64,000 bases of DNA from a virus. The position numbers were made by a program, and so were the translations under genes. Shown here in pieces: positions 36,975 through 48,215 of the stretch. The notes beneath the pieces were generated by a model. The model made no database searches, had not been told where the DNA came from, and saw only the letters and a list, made by a program, of their open reading frames with translations. Every line of letters starts with the position of its first letter. Within the stretch, counting starts at the first letter, position 1. The stretch covers positions 64,001 through 128,000 of IMG/VR virus record IMGVR_UViG_3300028800_000060. The stretch is one strand, 5' to 3'.

Positions 36975-38230
36975 TGCTCAATGCCACAGATTTTGAAATC
37001 AAGGAATTAGTACTTGAAAGTACCACAGGAATCGAAACAGATTTAATTTTTCTAATGCAAGAATTGAATGTGTATGAAAATATCCACAATACTTGTATTT
37101 CCGCAGACATTGTAATTTATGATGCCTTAAACGTTATCAAAAATTTACCAATTACTGGGCATGAATTCGTCAGGTTTTCTTTTCGAACACCGGGGCAAAA
37201 TTTCATTTCTTTACGTCTTAGGGTTTACAAAATCGATTTACGCGAATTGGATAAAATGCATGCTCAAGTATTTGCTATCCGTTGCGTTGATGATTCTGAA
37301 TTTCTAAATGCTCGGACTCGTATAAGTAAAGCATATAAAGGAAAATTGATTAGCGATATCGCAGAAGATATACAAACCAATTTTCTCTCGTCTTCTTTCA
37401 ATATTCTTGAGCCTACCAAGAATTTGCATCACATTATTCCACCCTATTGGACACCAATTAAAACTCTTAATTTTTTGGCTTCGCGAGCAAATAGTGCCCA
37501 ATATTTGGGTTCTAATTACGTTTATTACCAAACTGCCGATGGTTTCAATTTTGTATCTATTGAAAATCTTTGCGACCGGTCACCACTACAAAGTTATATT
37601 ATGCAACCAGCGAATATTCGTGACCAATCTGTTGCAGATGGATATGCCCCCAGAACGGTAGAAGTAGATGAAGTTGCTATCCAATCCTATAAGTTTGTAA
37701 ATAATTTCGATACACTAGAAAATGCTACAAATGGAATGTATACTAACCGTTTGATATGGCATGATATCCAAAAGAAACAATTTGGAGAAAATGATTTCTC
37801 TTATCCCAACAGTTACGATCAATACAAACACATCGAATTGAATAATGTTAAGGGTGGTTCTTCCCAATTATGGACATCTAGTTCTGATTATGATACCGAT
37901 GCATTTGGTTCCCTGAGAGTTACTCCAATTGGATTACCACTACAGGAAAATTATGTGACACAATGGCTTCAACCACGTTTATCACAAATGCAACAATTAC
38001 AGAATGTTCGGTTATTTGTAACTATTCCTGGTGATAGTATGCGGCGTGCTGGTGATTTGATTCAAATTACTCTTCCCTCTCCAGAAGCAAATATTGAAGA
38101 TCAAATCCAAATAGAAAATTATTTTACCAATCGGTATCTTGTTTCTGGTATCAGGCATCAAGTATCTCGGAAACAATATTTATCCACTATGGAGTTAATT
38201 AAAGATTCTGTTGCTCAATCATATCCATAA
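36974..38230 (+). CDS. baseplate hub protein (gp27-like)
   Basis: EL.VYE.I, LPI.GHE, RISKAY.G, GFNF.SI, IPGD...AGD, YLV..IRH, E..KDS. Confidence 0.75.
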   Translation: MLNATDFEIKELVLESTTGIETDLIFLMQELNVYENIHNTCISADIVIYDALNVIKNLPITGHEFVRFSFRTPGQNFISLRLRVYKIDLRELDKMHAQVFAIRCVDDSEFLNARTRISKAYKGKLISDIAEDIQTNFLSSSFNILEPTKNLHHIIPPYWTPIKTLNFLASRANSAQYLGSNYVYYQTADGFNFVSIENLCDRSPLQSYIMQPANIRDQSVADGYAPRTVEVDEVAIQSYKFVNNFDTLENATNGMYTNRLIWHDIQKKQFGENDFSYPNSYDQYKHIELNNVKGGSSQLWTSSSDYDTDAFGSLRVTPIGLPLQENYVTQWLQPRLSQMQQLQNVRLFVTIPGDSMRRAGDLIQITLPSPEANIEDQIQIENYFTNRYLVSGIRHQVSRKQYLSTMELIKDSVAQSYP

Positions 38231-38289
38231 TTTCTAAAATAAACAAAATAAAGAGATTATAATTATTTTCAAATATTTCAGGAAAACAC

Positions 38290-38318
38290 TTGACAAATTA
38301 CTCCGGCAACGCTATAAT
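38290..38318 (+). promoter_or_regulatory. consensus sigma70-type promoter heading an accessory block
   Basis: TTGACA-N17-TATAAT. Confidence 0.85.
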
Positions 38319-38364
38319 ATCAATGTAGTTATTTAAGAGTATAAAGGCCCATGAAGGGAAGTAA

Positions 38365-38604
38365 ATGCCATATAATTTACCAGAACAAAAGGGACGAAGT
38401 ATACTTCAGGTTGCTTTAGATGTTCATATGACAAACACAGGATCTTATGAACGTAGTGATACAGACCAACAAGAAGATATCCAATTATTGAGGAGAAAAT
38501 TAGATACATGGGAACCTCCTTACACAAATGCATTTGATGACGCTGTGAGAATTTTGATAGAAAGGGTATGGTTAGAATATCATCATGAATATAGGATCCG
38601 GTAA
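38365..38604 (+). CDS. hypothetical protein
   Basis: AAGGGA SD; follows the promoter. Confidence 0.55.
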   Translation: MPYNLPEQKGRSILQVALDVHMTNTGSYERSDTDQQEDIQLLRRKLDTWEPPYTNAFDDAVRILIERVWLEYHHEYRIR

Positions 38605-39034
38605 TTCATATCCCGCCAATGCTTTATCGAATTTTACACCACATCCATTTTTTCTCGATGGAGTGTTGTGTAATTCAATGGAAGGATTCCTCCAATCATT
38701 GAAATTTGATAAAGAACCTATCCAAGTAGAAGTATGTAAACTTGTAGGCCGAGCCGCCAAATTTCGTGGAAAGAAAAGAAATAAGGCTTGGCAAAGTAAA
38801 CAAACCTTATGGTGGAAAGGAATTCCATATCTTCGAGATGGCGCATCATATAAGGGCCTGTTGTTACGGGCATATGAAGCTATGTTTCGGCAATCAGATT
38901 CATTCCGACGGGCACTCAAAGCCTCCGGAGATGCAGTTTTTACTCATTCAATTGGTTCTTCAAAGGAAGAAATGACCGTATTGACGGAGCGTGAATTTTG
39001 TAGTATATTAAATGTAATGAGACATTTGTTATGA
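38585..39034 (+). CDS. T4 gp30.3-like protein (NADAR-related fold)
   Basis: YPANALSNF.PH.F..DGV.C.SMEGFLQSLK, AK..G, QTL.WKG, HSIG, TVLTE.EF. Confidence 0.8.
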   Translation: MNIGSGNSYPANALSNFTPHPFFLDGVLCNSMEGFLQSLKFDKEPIQVEVCKLVGRAAKFRGKKRNKAWQSKQTLWWKGIPYLRDGASYKGLLLRAYEAMFRQSDSFRRALKASGDAVFTHSIGSSKEEMTVLTEREFCSILNVMRHLL

Positions 39035-39145
39035 GCTTTTTAAACAAACTTAGGTTTTTTATTCGTGGGCGCTGTTATAAGTGCAATTGCAAAAAGAACC
39101 GTTTTGGTGCATGTTATTTGTGTAGTTTTGAAAAATGGTGATAAA

Positions 39146-40213
39146 ATGGAAAGAGTTGAATTTCAAGAGGCTGTGAAATTGTGTGAGGAATGCATCGCAT
39201 TTTCTAATGGTGCTTTAGTAGGAAATGATTCACCTTTGCGGGAAAAAGCTAGAAAGATGTTTGGTCAAAGTACTGTAAGCCATATGTTGTATGTATGCAC
39301 CATGGTTTTCTATGAATTCGCACTAGAATATAAGGAAAACCATCTTTAGATTAATATGCTTGATAAAATTTACATTATTATGGGCTCGTGTGGTGAATGT
39401 GATCGCTACCGACACTGGAATGCTAGAGCCACTTATTCTAAGGATCATGCCGAACTTTTATGTCTTATCTTGCAAAATTTAGCTGATTCGGTTAAATATG
39501 GTACAGAAGAATATTATTCTTTAGCCAAAAATAATCCTTTTGATCCCTTATATCGATCAGATTGGGGTGGAACCGCATATTGGGTGACCGAAATGGAGAT
39601 CAGTTAATGTATGGAGATACTACTGTGACAAGAATTATATGCATCATATTGATGATGGTTATATTATTAGCAGGATATTCTTGCGAGCGATGGAAGTACC
39701 AAGAATGTAAGAAAGTTGGAGTTGGACATGATACAACATATTGTGTATTCCAATTATTGGATTCTAAATGATCGAATACCAAATCATTCTTAATGTGTAT
39801 CTTCCTCAAAGTGGAGGAAGAACAATTAAACGGGTAATCAGTGGAACTGATAGAGATGCCATGGCAACGAAATTTAAATACCTAGGGACTCTTGCAACAG
39901 ATAAAAGTAAAGCCCGTGAACTCCAAGGTTGGTGCTTAGATAATGATATTCAAGGAACTATTGTTGGTACCGATGGTTTATATGGGGTTTCTTACATAAA
40001 GATTTTACCTTAGGAAAAATTATGTTATTGTTTTTAGAAAGTTTTGCTGCTATTATAAAGTGTGGATTGTTGTTTGTTTTGTTTTGTTTGATTCCTATGT
40101 TGCATATCATTTGGTTTTGTTTTTTGTGGCTGTATGACGGACTTACAGCAACTGAATCAATTAAGGTACTCAAATCATTCTGGTTAGAGGCTATTCGAGA
40201 TTGTACTAAATAG
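39146..40213 (+). CDS. five small hypothetical ORFs (39146-39349, 39356-39607, 39607-39771, 39768-40013, 40022-40213)
   Basis: Coupled ORFs; two are hydrophobic. Confidence 0.55.
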
Positions 40214-40217
40214 ATAC

Positions 40218-41378
40218 GTGCCACAAGAAACTAATTACATGGGACTTTCAGGCTTTATTTGGTTCCATGGTGTTGTAGAAGACCGACAAGATCCGGATAA
40301 ATTAGGAAAAATAAAAGTCCGAATTTTAGGTTCTCACACAAAAGACAAATCGTTTATTAAAACTGAAGACCTTCAATGGGCTTATGTTTGCCAAGATATA
40401 ACATCAGCATCAATGAATGGAATCGGTTCTACTCCATTAGGTGTAGTTCCAGGTACATGGGTTTTTGGATTCTTTAGAGATGGTGAGTCTTGTCAAGAAC
40501 CTTGTATTTTAGGCACGTTTGGTGGTATACCACAAAATACGCCAGATAATACACAAGGTTTTAATGATCCTCGCGATTCATCTGGAACTACAGAAACTTT
40601 AGCAACAGCACCCCGTAATGTAGTTACACGAAATTATCCCATCGATGGTTCTGGTGCTAGTCTCATAAATGCTACAGCAGGGCCTCAATATCCTCGTTCC
40701 GATTTTATAGGTGAATCTGACACTCATCGTATTGCCCGAAATGAAAAAATCGGACAAACTGTACTACAAATAATCAAAAACATATATGATAAAGGTGTAC
40801 CAATTTCTTATGGTGGAACTTGGGACGAACCCAATATTTGGTATAATGGGGTATACCCATATGTACATGTAAATGAGTCGGAATCAGGTCATGTAAAAGT
40901 TATTGATGATACACCAAATTTTGAAGGACAATTAGATTTTGACCGGTCTGGATCTTTTAAGGAAAATCTCACAGATGGTTCAGTAGTTGAAAAGATTGTA
41001 AAAGATGGCTATACAATCGTTATGAGGGACGATCATATCCATATAATGGGTAACGAACAATCTCGGTGCGATCATGAATATAATCTTTCGATTGGTGGTC
41101 GTTGGAATATAGAAGTAAATGAAAATATTAACATAAAATCAGATGCTGGTGGTATATTCATTTCCGTAAAAGGAGATGCGAACGTTCAAGCCGGTGGTAA
41201 TGTTAATGTTCAATCGAATGGTGATACAAATGTTAAAGCCGGTGGAGCACTAAATGTTCAATCGGGTGGTGCTATGAATTTTAAAGCTGGTGGAACAATT
41301 GCGATGGATGGATCAGAAATATATTTCAACTCGGGTGTTTCAACGCCGGCCAATTCAGCCACACCACCTAAACAATAA
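40218..41378 (+). CDS. 5: baseplate central spike gp5 (no lysozyme domain)
   Basis: WF.GVVEDR.DP..LG.IKVRILG.H, GTWVFGFFRDG...Q.P, YPY.HV.ESESGH...DDTP, C-terminal 8-residue beta-helix repeats. Confidence 0.92.
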   Translation: MPQETNYMGLSGFIWFHGVVEDRQDPDKLGKIKVRILGSHTKDKSFIKTEDLQWAYVCQDITSASMNGIGSTPLGVVPGTWVFGFFRDGESCQEPCILGTFGGIPQNTPDNTQGFNDPRDSSGTTETLATAPRNVVTRNYPIDGSGASLINATAGPQYPRSDFIGESDTHRIARNEKIGQTVLQIIKNIYDKGVPISYGGTWDEPNIWYNGVYPYVHVNESESGHVKVIDDTPNFEGQLDFDRSGSFKENLTDGSVVEKIVKDGYTIVMRDDHIHIMGNEQSRCDHEYNLSIGGRWNIEVNENINIKSDAGGIFISVKGDANVQAGGNVNVQSNGDTNVKAGGALNVQSGGAMNFKAGGTIAMDGSEIYFNSGVSTPANSATPPKQ

Positions 41379-41380
41379 AT

Positions 41381-41533
41381 ATGAACAAACAAAATTGTGA
41401 CATTGAATTTCCTGAAGAGTATTTCCTTAAAAAATACGATTCAGATGGAAAACTTTTTGAAGTTATTCATCTTAAAGGAGATGGATCCTTTAAGATTATT
41501 ACCGATAAGGAATCTTTGCATGCCTTTAACTAA
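41381..41533 (+). CDS. small hypothetical protein (50 aa)
   Basis: Fills the gap between gp5 and the next gene; below track cutoff. Confidence 0.45.
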   Translation: MNKQNCDIEFPEEYFLKKYDSDGKLFEVIHLKGDGSFKIITDKESLHAFN

Positions 41534-41900
41534 CGCGGGAACAAATCTTTTAGCTCAAGCGATTGAGGGAGGAACATATACACCATATAATGCTACCCAT
41601 GCGTACATCGGTATTGGTGATAGTTTAAATGCTTTTAGCAAAACAAATACAGATCTCCAAGCTTCCACAAATAAAACATATAAACCGATGGACGCAACAT
41701 TTCCACAGGTATCTGGAAATATTATGACATTTCAAGCAACATTTGGTACCGGTGATGCGAATTATGCATGGAATGAATGGGCATTATTTAATGCTGCTTC
41801 GGGTGGCGTAATGTTAAATCGTAAAGTAGGAGCATTAGGAACTAAAACTAGCTCACAAACATGGGTGATGGTCGGTATTCTTACGGTAAATAATCCATAA
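41520..41900 (+). CDS. tail/baseplate structural protein (fibre-collar-like)
   Basis: LTNAG..LLA, IGIGD, ATF..GDANYAWNEW.LFN, MLNRKV..LGTK; AAGGA SD. Confidence 0.7.
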   Translation: MPLTNAGTNLLAQAIEGGTYTPYNATHAYIGIGDSLNAFSKTNTDLQASTNKTYKPMDATFPQVSGNIMTFQATFGTGDANYAWNEWALFNAASGGVMLNRKVGALGTKTSSQTWVMVGILTVNNP

Positions 41901-41909
41901 AGGAATAAA

Positions 41910-42959
41910 ATGATAGAAATCATTGATGGTTTTGATACCAATATCGACAGTTCATTAAATTGGAATTCTGGTTCTGCTTATGGAGCTAATGGTGGAAGAT
42001 TTGGTGGATCATCTGCTACGGGTGTATATCCGGCAACCTATACAACATTTCAAAAAACCTTATCAAACCAATCTTCTAGATATTGCGGGTTTGCTCTTTT
42101 AAAAAATAGTTATTATCCATATGATATCGTGTCTTTCATAGAAGGTACCACACCACAAATAACTCTGAGTACAGGATCTCAAGGACAATTACAATTTTAT
42201 TCTGGAAGTACAATTCTAGCACAAACACAACCATTCTTTTTACGTACAAATGCATGGTATTACCTTGAAGTATTTGTTAACATAAGTTTAACTGGTGGTA
42301 GTTTTATACTACGTATAGGTGAACAAACTATTTTACAAGTAATTAATGCAAATACACAACAATCATCTAATGCATATACGAATATCATTCAATTTACAGT
42401 TGCTAATGCAATCAATGGCAACCAACAATCGATAGATGATCTATACGTCTTGAATAATGTTGGTACAAAAAATAATACTTTCTTGGGGGAACAAAAGGTA
42501 ATTACATCAAACGTAAATTCAGATTATTCTGTTCAATTTTTACGTAATTCGGGAATAACAAATTACGGACAATTATTAACTGATGATAGTGATGTTTCTT
42601 ATAATTCATCCAATAATATTGGTGATAAAGATCTATTTGGTATAGTTCCTTTAACTCTTACTCCGAATAATTTTGGTGAATTTTATACAGGAAACAATAT
42701 TACAGCCACGCGTATGGTTGTTGTGGCCCGTAAAAATGATGTTGGATTTAGAAATATAGGTCTTGTAATGGATTCGGGTCCTACAGAGAATGTATTTCCT
42801 TTCAGTGTTTCTAGTGCAGGTAATTCAGTATTTTTTATTCCTCTTTTACCCACGTACGAATCATCTTCTACCATTTTTGAAAATGATCCAAATACAAATG
42901 CTTCTTGGACAAAAACTGCGGTAAATGCGGTGCATATTGGTTATAAATTGATAGGTTAG
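41910..42959 (+). CDS. virion protein with concanavalin/LamG-like region
   Basis: IDGFD, WYYLE, IDDLY, FLG, DPNT...WT...VN. Confidence 0.65.
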   Translation: MIEIIDGFDTNIDSSLNWNSGSAYGANGGRFGGSSATGVYPATYTTFQKTLSNQSSRYCGFALLKNSYYPYDIVSFIEGTTPQITLSTGSQGQLQFYSGSTILAQTQPFFLRTNAWYYLEVFVNISLTGGSFILRIGEQTILQVINANTQQSSNAYTNIIQFTVANAINGNQQSIDDLYVLNNVGTKNNTFLGEQKVITSNVNSDYSVQFLRNSGITNYGQLLTDDSDVSYNSSNNIGDKDLFGIVPLTLTPNNFGEFYTGNNITATRMVVVARKNDVGFRNIGLVMDSGPTENVFPFSVSSAGNSVFFIPLLPTYESSSTIFENDPNTNASWTKTAVNAVHIGYKLIG

Positions 42960-42961
42960 AA

Positions 42962-43534
42962 ATGCCTATGGTTACGATTACAGATTCTGATACCTTAGCG
43001 ATTTCATTGGATGATAGTACTGGAACTTTTTATAATTTAGGACCACCTCCTACAGCGGCTCGGGTAACACAAGAGTATCACGAATCTTTATTAGATGGAT
43101 TTCCTTCATCACTAGTAACACATTTATACCACGAATCATTACTTAATGGTGTTCCCACATCATTTGTAACACGGTTATATTGGGAAACTTGTGTTAGTGT
43201 TAATAAATCAACAATCATAGATATTGATGTATTGGATATTTCTTTAACGGAAATAAATAAAAAAATTATTAAAGATATCGATTCTTTAGATATTTCTTTG
43301 GGTGAAAATGATCCTTCTCAATTGATTGATGTAGAACCAAATATTCTTCCTATCAATCAACCTTTTGTTTTGTTGTATGCTATTGGTTTTGGTTTTTTAA
43401 GTGGAGCAAAAATTAGTTTTAATGGTGTTTTACTACCATCAACAGTAATAAGCCCCAATTTTGTTACAGCTAAAGTTCCATCTAGATTAATTGCACCTAT
43501 AGGAAATATAAAAATCGATGTCATTAACGGTTAG
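42962..43534 (+). CDS. virion protein with C-terminal IPT/TIG-like domain
   Basis: P......F.L...G.GF..GA.I.FNG..L.ST......TA.VP. Confidence 0.6.
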   Translation: MPMVTITDSDTLAISLDDSTGTFYNLGPPPTAARVTQEYHESLLDGFPSSLVTHLYHESLLNGVPTSFVTRLYWETCVSVNKSTIIDIDVLDISLTEINKKIIKDIDSLDISLGENDPSQLIDVEPNILPINQPFVLLYAIGFGFLSGAKISFNGVLLPSTVISPNFVTAKVPSRLIAPIGNIKIDVING

Positions 43535-43994
43535 TGTTGTACCAGCGTTTGCTGTAGCTCGTTTAGGAGATTTATCTTCAGGACATTTTCCTTGGCCGGC
43601 CCGTCCTAATGATCAAGCTTCTCCAAATGTTTTTGTTAATAAAAAAGGATGGCATCGTTTTGGGGATCATTGGGCAATACATTGCGCCCCAGTGGGAGGA
43701 TGTCATGACGGTTATCTTGTACATGGAGCTCCGGGAGTTTTTGTAAATGGTAAACCCGCAGGTCGTATTGGAGATTTAATCTCTTGTTCTCCCCATGATG
43801 AGTTTGTCGATCAGGGAAGTCCTAATGTATTTTGTGGTAATTTTATGGGATCAGGACCAGAACCTGTTTTTGTTGAGCCTATACCTGAAGCTACAACCGG
43901 CGATTCTCAAGAAATGGCTCGGCAAAATTACGCTAATTGGAATAGAATGCCGATTGATTGGGAATTTGTTGATAGACAAATACATCAGATATAA
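43518..43994 (+). CDS. PAAR spike-tip protein (gp5.4-like) with C-terminal extension
   Basis: VARLGD...H, SPNVFVN, HR.GD....H, VFVNGKPAGRIGD..SC, GSPNVF. Confidence 0.88.
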   Translation: MSLTVSVVPAFAVARLGDLSSGHFPWPARPNDQASPNVFVNKKGWHRFGDHWAIHCAPVGGCHDGYLVHGAPGVFVNGKPAGRIGDLISCSPHDEFVDQGSPNVFCGNFMGSGPEPVFVEPIPEATTGDSQEMARQNYANWNRMPIDWEFVDRQIHQI

Positions 43995-44004
43995 ATATAT
44001 CTGA

Positions 44005-47000
44005 ATGGCTAACGATAACCTAATACTATTACAACCTTCGGATTTAATCAGTACATCCCGAGAAACTATTAATACAGATTTTCTTTTATTGGATGGTTTA
44101 ATTAATAGATTTTACCTCGCAAACAGCACACTTATCGGTCCTCCTGGTATAACTTTTCAAGGTACTTATGATGCTTTACACACCTATATTTTAGGTGATG
44201 GTGTGCTATTTGGAAGTTCTTCGTATGTAAGTTTACAAATTGACAATACTGGTAATCAACCTGATATTTCACCATTATTTTGGCAATTAGTTGCTGAAGG
44301 AGGAATACCTGGAGCTACTGGTCCAAGTGGATCAACGGGAACACCAGGTACAAATGGAAGTATAGGTGCTACAGGAGCAACAGGACCAATAGGTGCTATA
44401 GGAGCCACAGGTACATCTGGTATACCTGGTATAATTTGGCGAGGTAATTGGAGTAGTATAGTAACTTATAATGTGGGTGATGTTGTAGAACGAAATGGTT
44501 CAGCATATATTGCTACAGGAATTTCTTTAAATTTAGATCCAGCATTTAATCCCACATTTTGGAATGTGTTAGCAATGAAGGGTGATACCGGTGTTACTGG
44601 TGATGTAGGTGCGTCTGGAACACCAGGAACAGTGGGGGCAACGGGACCACAAGGAACAAGTTTAGTATACCGAGGTTTGTGGAATAATACTACCACTTAT
44701 GATTTACTAAACATGGTAAATTTTGGTGGTCAAGCTTATGTTGCTATTACTGGTTCAAATACTGGTTTACAACCAGATTTATTCCCTTCAAATTGGAATC
44801 AAATAACAATTACAGTTGTTGGTTCTACTGGTGCCACAGGAGCTTCTGGAACTCCGGGAGGAGCTACAGGTCCTTCTGGTGCTACAGGATCAACAGGACC
44901 AATAGGTGCTACGGGACCTGGTGGGGGTGGTGGAGGTGGAGGATCATTTGTTACTGCTTCGTCTTTAGGTGCAGTACTCGATTGTGATCTTAATACTGGA
45001 ACTAAAATTGGTGGCGGAACTGCTACTGATAATACGGCAATATTACAAGCCTATATCAATACAGCAAGTCAAGCTACACCAGCACATTTAATTATGGATG
45101 GTCCATCTTTAATTACGGGACTACAAATACCTGCGGCAGGTTATGTTATTATTGAAGGTGAAGGACTTGATACGGGATTTTATTTGAAATCAGGTTCAGG
45201 AAATGGTATCTTTAGTAACCGTCCCGGTAGTATTCCAGGATCACGAGGAGTTTTCGTTCAAATGAGAAATTTTTCATTGAATGTTAATGGTCCTGGTAAT
45301 GGTTTAGTTTATGGAATATATCTGTCTAATTTAGATCATGTACTTTTTTCTGACCTCCGAATTTTTAATGCTGTATGGTTTAATACTACAATAGAAAATT
45401 GTGGTGATGTGAATTTTGAAAACTTGTCGATACAAGGTACAAATACAGTACACCAAGATGGTATCCATATTTTTGGACCGGCTAATGATATTTCTATTAG
45501 TAATTGTAGATTTATTGCCTTGGGTGATGATGCTATTGCTATAAATGCTCCAGAAGGATATGGTGGGACTATATCAAGAGTTACGGTAACAAATTGTATA
45601 TTTTATAGCACACTGACTATGGCCAGAATATACAGCGTAATTGCCACAAATTACACTGTAGATAATGTGGTTTTTTCGAACTGCACCGGTAATATTATCA
45701 ATTCTATTGGCGTAGCTAATGGAGTTGGTTTTCGTATTGGTAATGGTGGAGTAGGAGCTACACAAGATTGGATAAGACATCTTTCTATAAATAATTGCCG
45801 TGTAATTGGATTGGCATTTATGGAATTTAGTGATAATGCCGGTGATATTTCTGTGAGTAATTGTACCTATACGTGTAATGATGGTTCTGTGCCCGCATTT
45901 TATTTCGTTGCCAATTCAATTGTGGCTCATTTAAATATCGATAACTTCACTCTGTATCGGGACGCATCTGGTTTTTCTACACCTTATTTGGTATCAACTT
46001 CTTATGGAACAGGAGGAGCGGTTCCTGGAATAATTAACCTCCTTAATCTCCGAAATTATCAAATCGTGAATGCTGTTGGAACCAGTTATGCTGGTGTCCA
46101 GACTAGCATGTTTAATACCACACAAGGAACTATTAATGAGATAGGACTTTCCAATATCAATAAAAATTATATTGGAACTGTTGCTACCAATTATGCTAAC
46201 ATTGGATCTATTGGTGGAATAGGTTGTTCTGTATTTACTTTACCTGATGCGCCAATTAAAATAGGAACTGTTTACCTTTCATTGAGTAATATTCCTACTA
46301 TTATGACCAATGTCGGTCCCATCCGGATAATTAAGGGTGGAAGAATGTATTCGGGTGATATTGATCCAACACCACATTCGGTTACCATGGTACAACATGC
46401 TAGTATTTCAGGTTCAACAACATTGGCATTCCCATCTGATGTTACGGCAGGAAATACGCTTGTTGTTGTTGCCAGAAATAATTCTTCACTTCCAAATCCT
46501 ACAGTTGTTACAGATACTAGAGGAAATAGTTGGACTCAAGCTGCATATGGTTCAGGACAAAATAATAATTTTCCGAATCAAGTTTCGATTTCTTATGCTA
46601 TTGCCAATTCATCAGGACCAAATACAGTTTCAGTTCCTGGTGGTCCCTATTTAATTGTAGTAGAATTTAATCCTGGAATTCATGTTCTGGATTTTTCTGC
46701 GGGTACAGTACAAGGTTTGGGAGGTCCACCTGCTCCTAATTTATTGCTATCACAATATGGTGATTTAGTTATTACAGCAGCAACTTATGATGGTGGTTCT
46801 TTTACTGATGTTGGTGAAACCACTATTGATAGTGCTGCTAATGTCGCGGCTTCATATAAAGCGGTTTTAAGTATCGGTTCATTTACAAGTAGTTTGACAG
46901 GATCTAGTTCTAACCAAGGTTATGCTAGTGCTGCATTTACAACAAGTATAGCTCCGGGAGATGATGGTGATTGGTACATCAATACAAATACTGGTGTCCT

Positions 47001-47208
47001 TTGGGGACCAAAAACTGGTGGGTTATACTCAAAACTTGAAGGTTTTGTTCCTGCGGGCGGCGCGAATAAATATGTATTAACAAAGAATAGTTCTAATGAT
47101 TATGATTATGGATGGAAGGTAATAAACACCCATTCTGAATCATTAACTGACGGACATAGTAATTTTATATTTTCAGAAGGTGATATTATCACCGTAGTTT
47201 ACACATAG
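44005..47208 (+). CDS. tail fibre/tailspike: collagen repeats, small carbohydrate-binding-like modules, pectate-lyase-like beta-helix
   Basis: G-X-T repeats; WRG.W.....Y..GD.V modules; [21 protein letters not shown]. Confidence 0.8.
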   Translation: MANDNLILLQPSDLISTSRETINTDFLLLDGLINRFYLANSTLIGPPGITFQGTYDALHTYILGDGVLFGSSSYVSLQIDNTGNQPDISPLFWQLVAEGGIPGATGPSGSTGTPGTNGSIGATGATGPIGAIGATGTSGIPGIIWRGNWSSIVTYNVGDVVERNGSAYIATGISLNLDPAFNPTFWNVLAMKGDTGVTGDVGASGTPGTVGATGPQGTSLVYRGLWNNTTTYDLLNMVNFGGQAYVAITGSNTGLQPDLFPSNWNQITITVVGSTGATGASGTPGGATGPSGATGSTGPIGATGPGGGGGGGGSFVTASSLGAVLDCDLNTGTKIGGGTATDNTAILQAYINTASQATPAHLIMDGPSLITGLQIPAAGYVIIEGEGLDTGFYLKSGSGNGIFSNRPGSIPGSRGVFVQMRNFSLNVNGPGNGLVYGIYLSNLDHVLFSDLRIFNAVWFNTTIENCGDVNFENLSIQGTNTVHQDGIHIFGPANDISISNCRFIALGDDAIAINAPEGYGGTISRVTVTNCIFYSTLTMARIYSVIATNYTVDNVVFSNCTGNIINSIGVANGVGFRIGNGGVGATQDWIRHLSINNCRVIGLAFMEFSDNAGDISVSNCTYTCNDGSVPAFYFVANSIVAHLNIDNFTLYRDASGFSTPYLVSTSYGTGGAVPGIINLLNLRNYQIVNAVGTSYAGVQTSMFNTTQGTINEIGLSNINKNYIGTVATNYANIGSIGGIGCSVFTLPDAPIKIGTVYLSLSNIPTIMTNVGPIRIIKGGRMYSGDIDPTPHSVTMVQHASISGSTTLAFPSDVTAGNTLVVVARNNSSLPNPTVVTDTRGNSWTQAAYGSGQNNNFPNQVSISYAIANSSGPNTVSVPGGPYLIVVEFNPGIHVLDFSAGTVQGLGGPPAPNLLLSQYGDLVITAATYDGGSFTDVGETTIDSAANVAASYKAVLSIGSFTSSLTGSSSNQGYASAAFTTSIAPGDDGDWYINTNTGVLWGPKTGGLYSKLEGFVPAGGANKYVLTKNSSNDYDYGWKVINTHSESLTDGHSNFIFSEGDIITVVYT

Positions 47209-47215
47209 AGGAAAA

Positions 47216-48163
47216 ATGAGCATATTAGCTAACGTTATAGTCCGAGATTTATTTGCTAATTTACCTGCGGCAGGAATTTCCGGAAGATTATTTTTTGCAT
47301 CTGATGTAATTTATTCTGCAAGAGATAATGGAACAAGTTGGGATCCTATTCCTGTTGAAGGAGCTACAGGTGCCACAGGCCCAGTAGGTGCTTCGGGAGC
47401 AAACGGATCTAATGGTGCCACAGGTGCAACTGGTGCAGGTACTACAGGTGCAACGGGGCCTCAGGGGGCTACAGGATTTACAGGTCCAACAGGAAATCAG
47501 GGAAGTACAGGCGCCACGGGTGCAGGTACTACAGGTGCCACGGGGCCTCAGGGAGCTACAGGAGCTACAGGAGTAGGAAGTACAGGTGCCACGGGTCCTA
47601 TTGGAGCGTCTGGAAATCCTGGCGGGGCAACAGGTGCCACGGGTGCTTCGGGAGCAAACGGTTCCAATGGTGCTACTGGAGCAACTGGTGCTGGTGCAAC
47701 TGGTGCCACGGGTCCTATTGGAGCATCAGGAAATCCTGGCGGGGCTACAGGTGCTACTGGAGCAAATGGTTCCGATGGTGCTACTGGAGCAACTGGTGCT
47801 TCCGGAATAGGCGCAACGGGGGCAACGGGTCCATCAGGAGGTGGAGGAGGTGGAGGTGTTATAGGAACAGCCCTATTTGATGCCTCATCAGGATCCATAG
47901 TTGGATTAGTAGTAGCTGGTAATATTAGTGGGGTTACATATACCAGTACAGGAACCTATGCAGTCTCACTAACAGGGAGTCCTACCAATTACCTAGTACA
48001 AGTTCAATGCTCGAATGATTCCGGTACATATGTTGCCTTACCTTCGATTCAGTATAATAGTGTCACCTCTTCAGGATTTTCAATACGTGTAATTCAGGTG
48101 AATGGTGGTGGTTTTGGTGTTAGAGATTTCCCTATCAATTGTATTTCGGTTATAAAACTTTAA
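47216..48163 (+). CDS. collagen-repeat tail fibre protein
   Basis: Long GAT/GAS/GPQ triplet run; C-terminal TGTY.V...Y.V...GF.I domain. Confidence 0.8.
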   Translation: MSILANVIVRDLFANLPAAGISGRLFFASDVIYSARDNGTSWDPIPVEGATGATGPVGASGANGSNGATGATGAGTTGATGPQGATGFTGPTGNQGSTGATGAGTTGATGPQGATGATGVGSTGATGPIGASGNPGGATGATGASGANGSNGATGATGAGATGATGPIGASGNPGGATGATGANGSDGATGATGASGIGATGATGPSGGGGGGGVIGTALFDASSGSIVGLVVAGNISGVTYTSTGTYAVSLTGSPTNYLVQVQCSNDSGTYVALPSIQYNSVTSSGFSIRVIQVNGGGFGVRDFPINCISVIKL

Positions 48164-48215
48164 CCAGTCATTTAAGAATTTGACAACAATAATGTATTAT
48201 GTTATAATATAGATA

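Noticed and set aside
44300-47900. Antisense and alternative-frame ORFs (PVAP repeats) over the collagen regions, and 30431-30910 over the GVEAAAG repeats
   Set aside because: Artefacts of low-complexity repeats.
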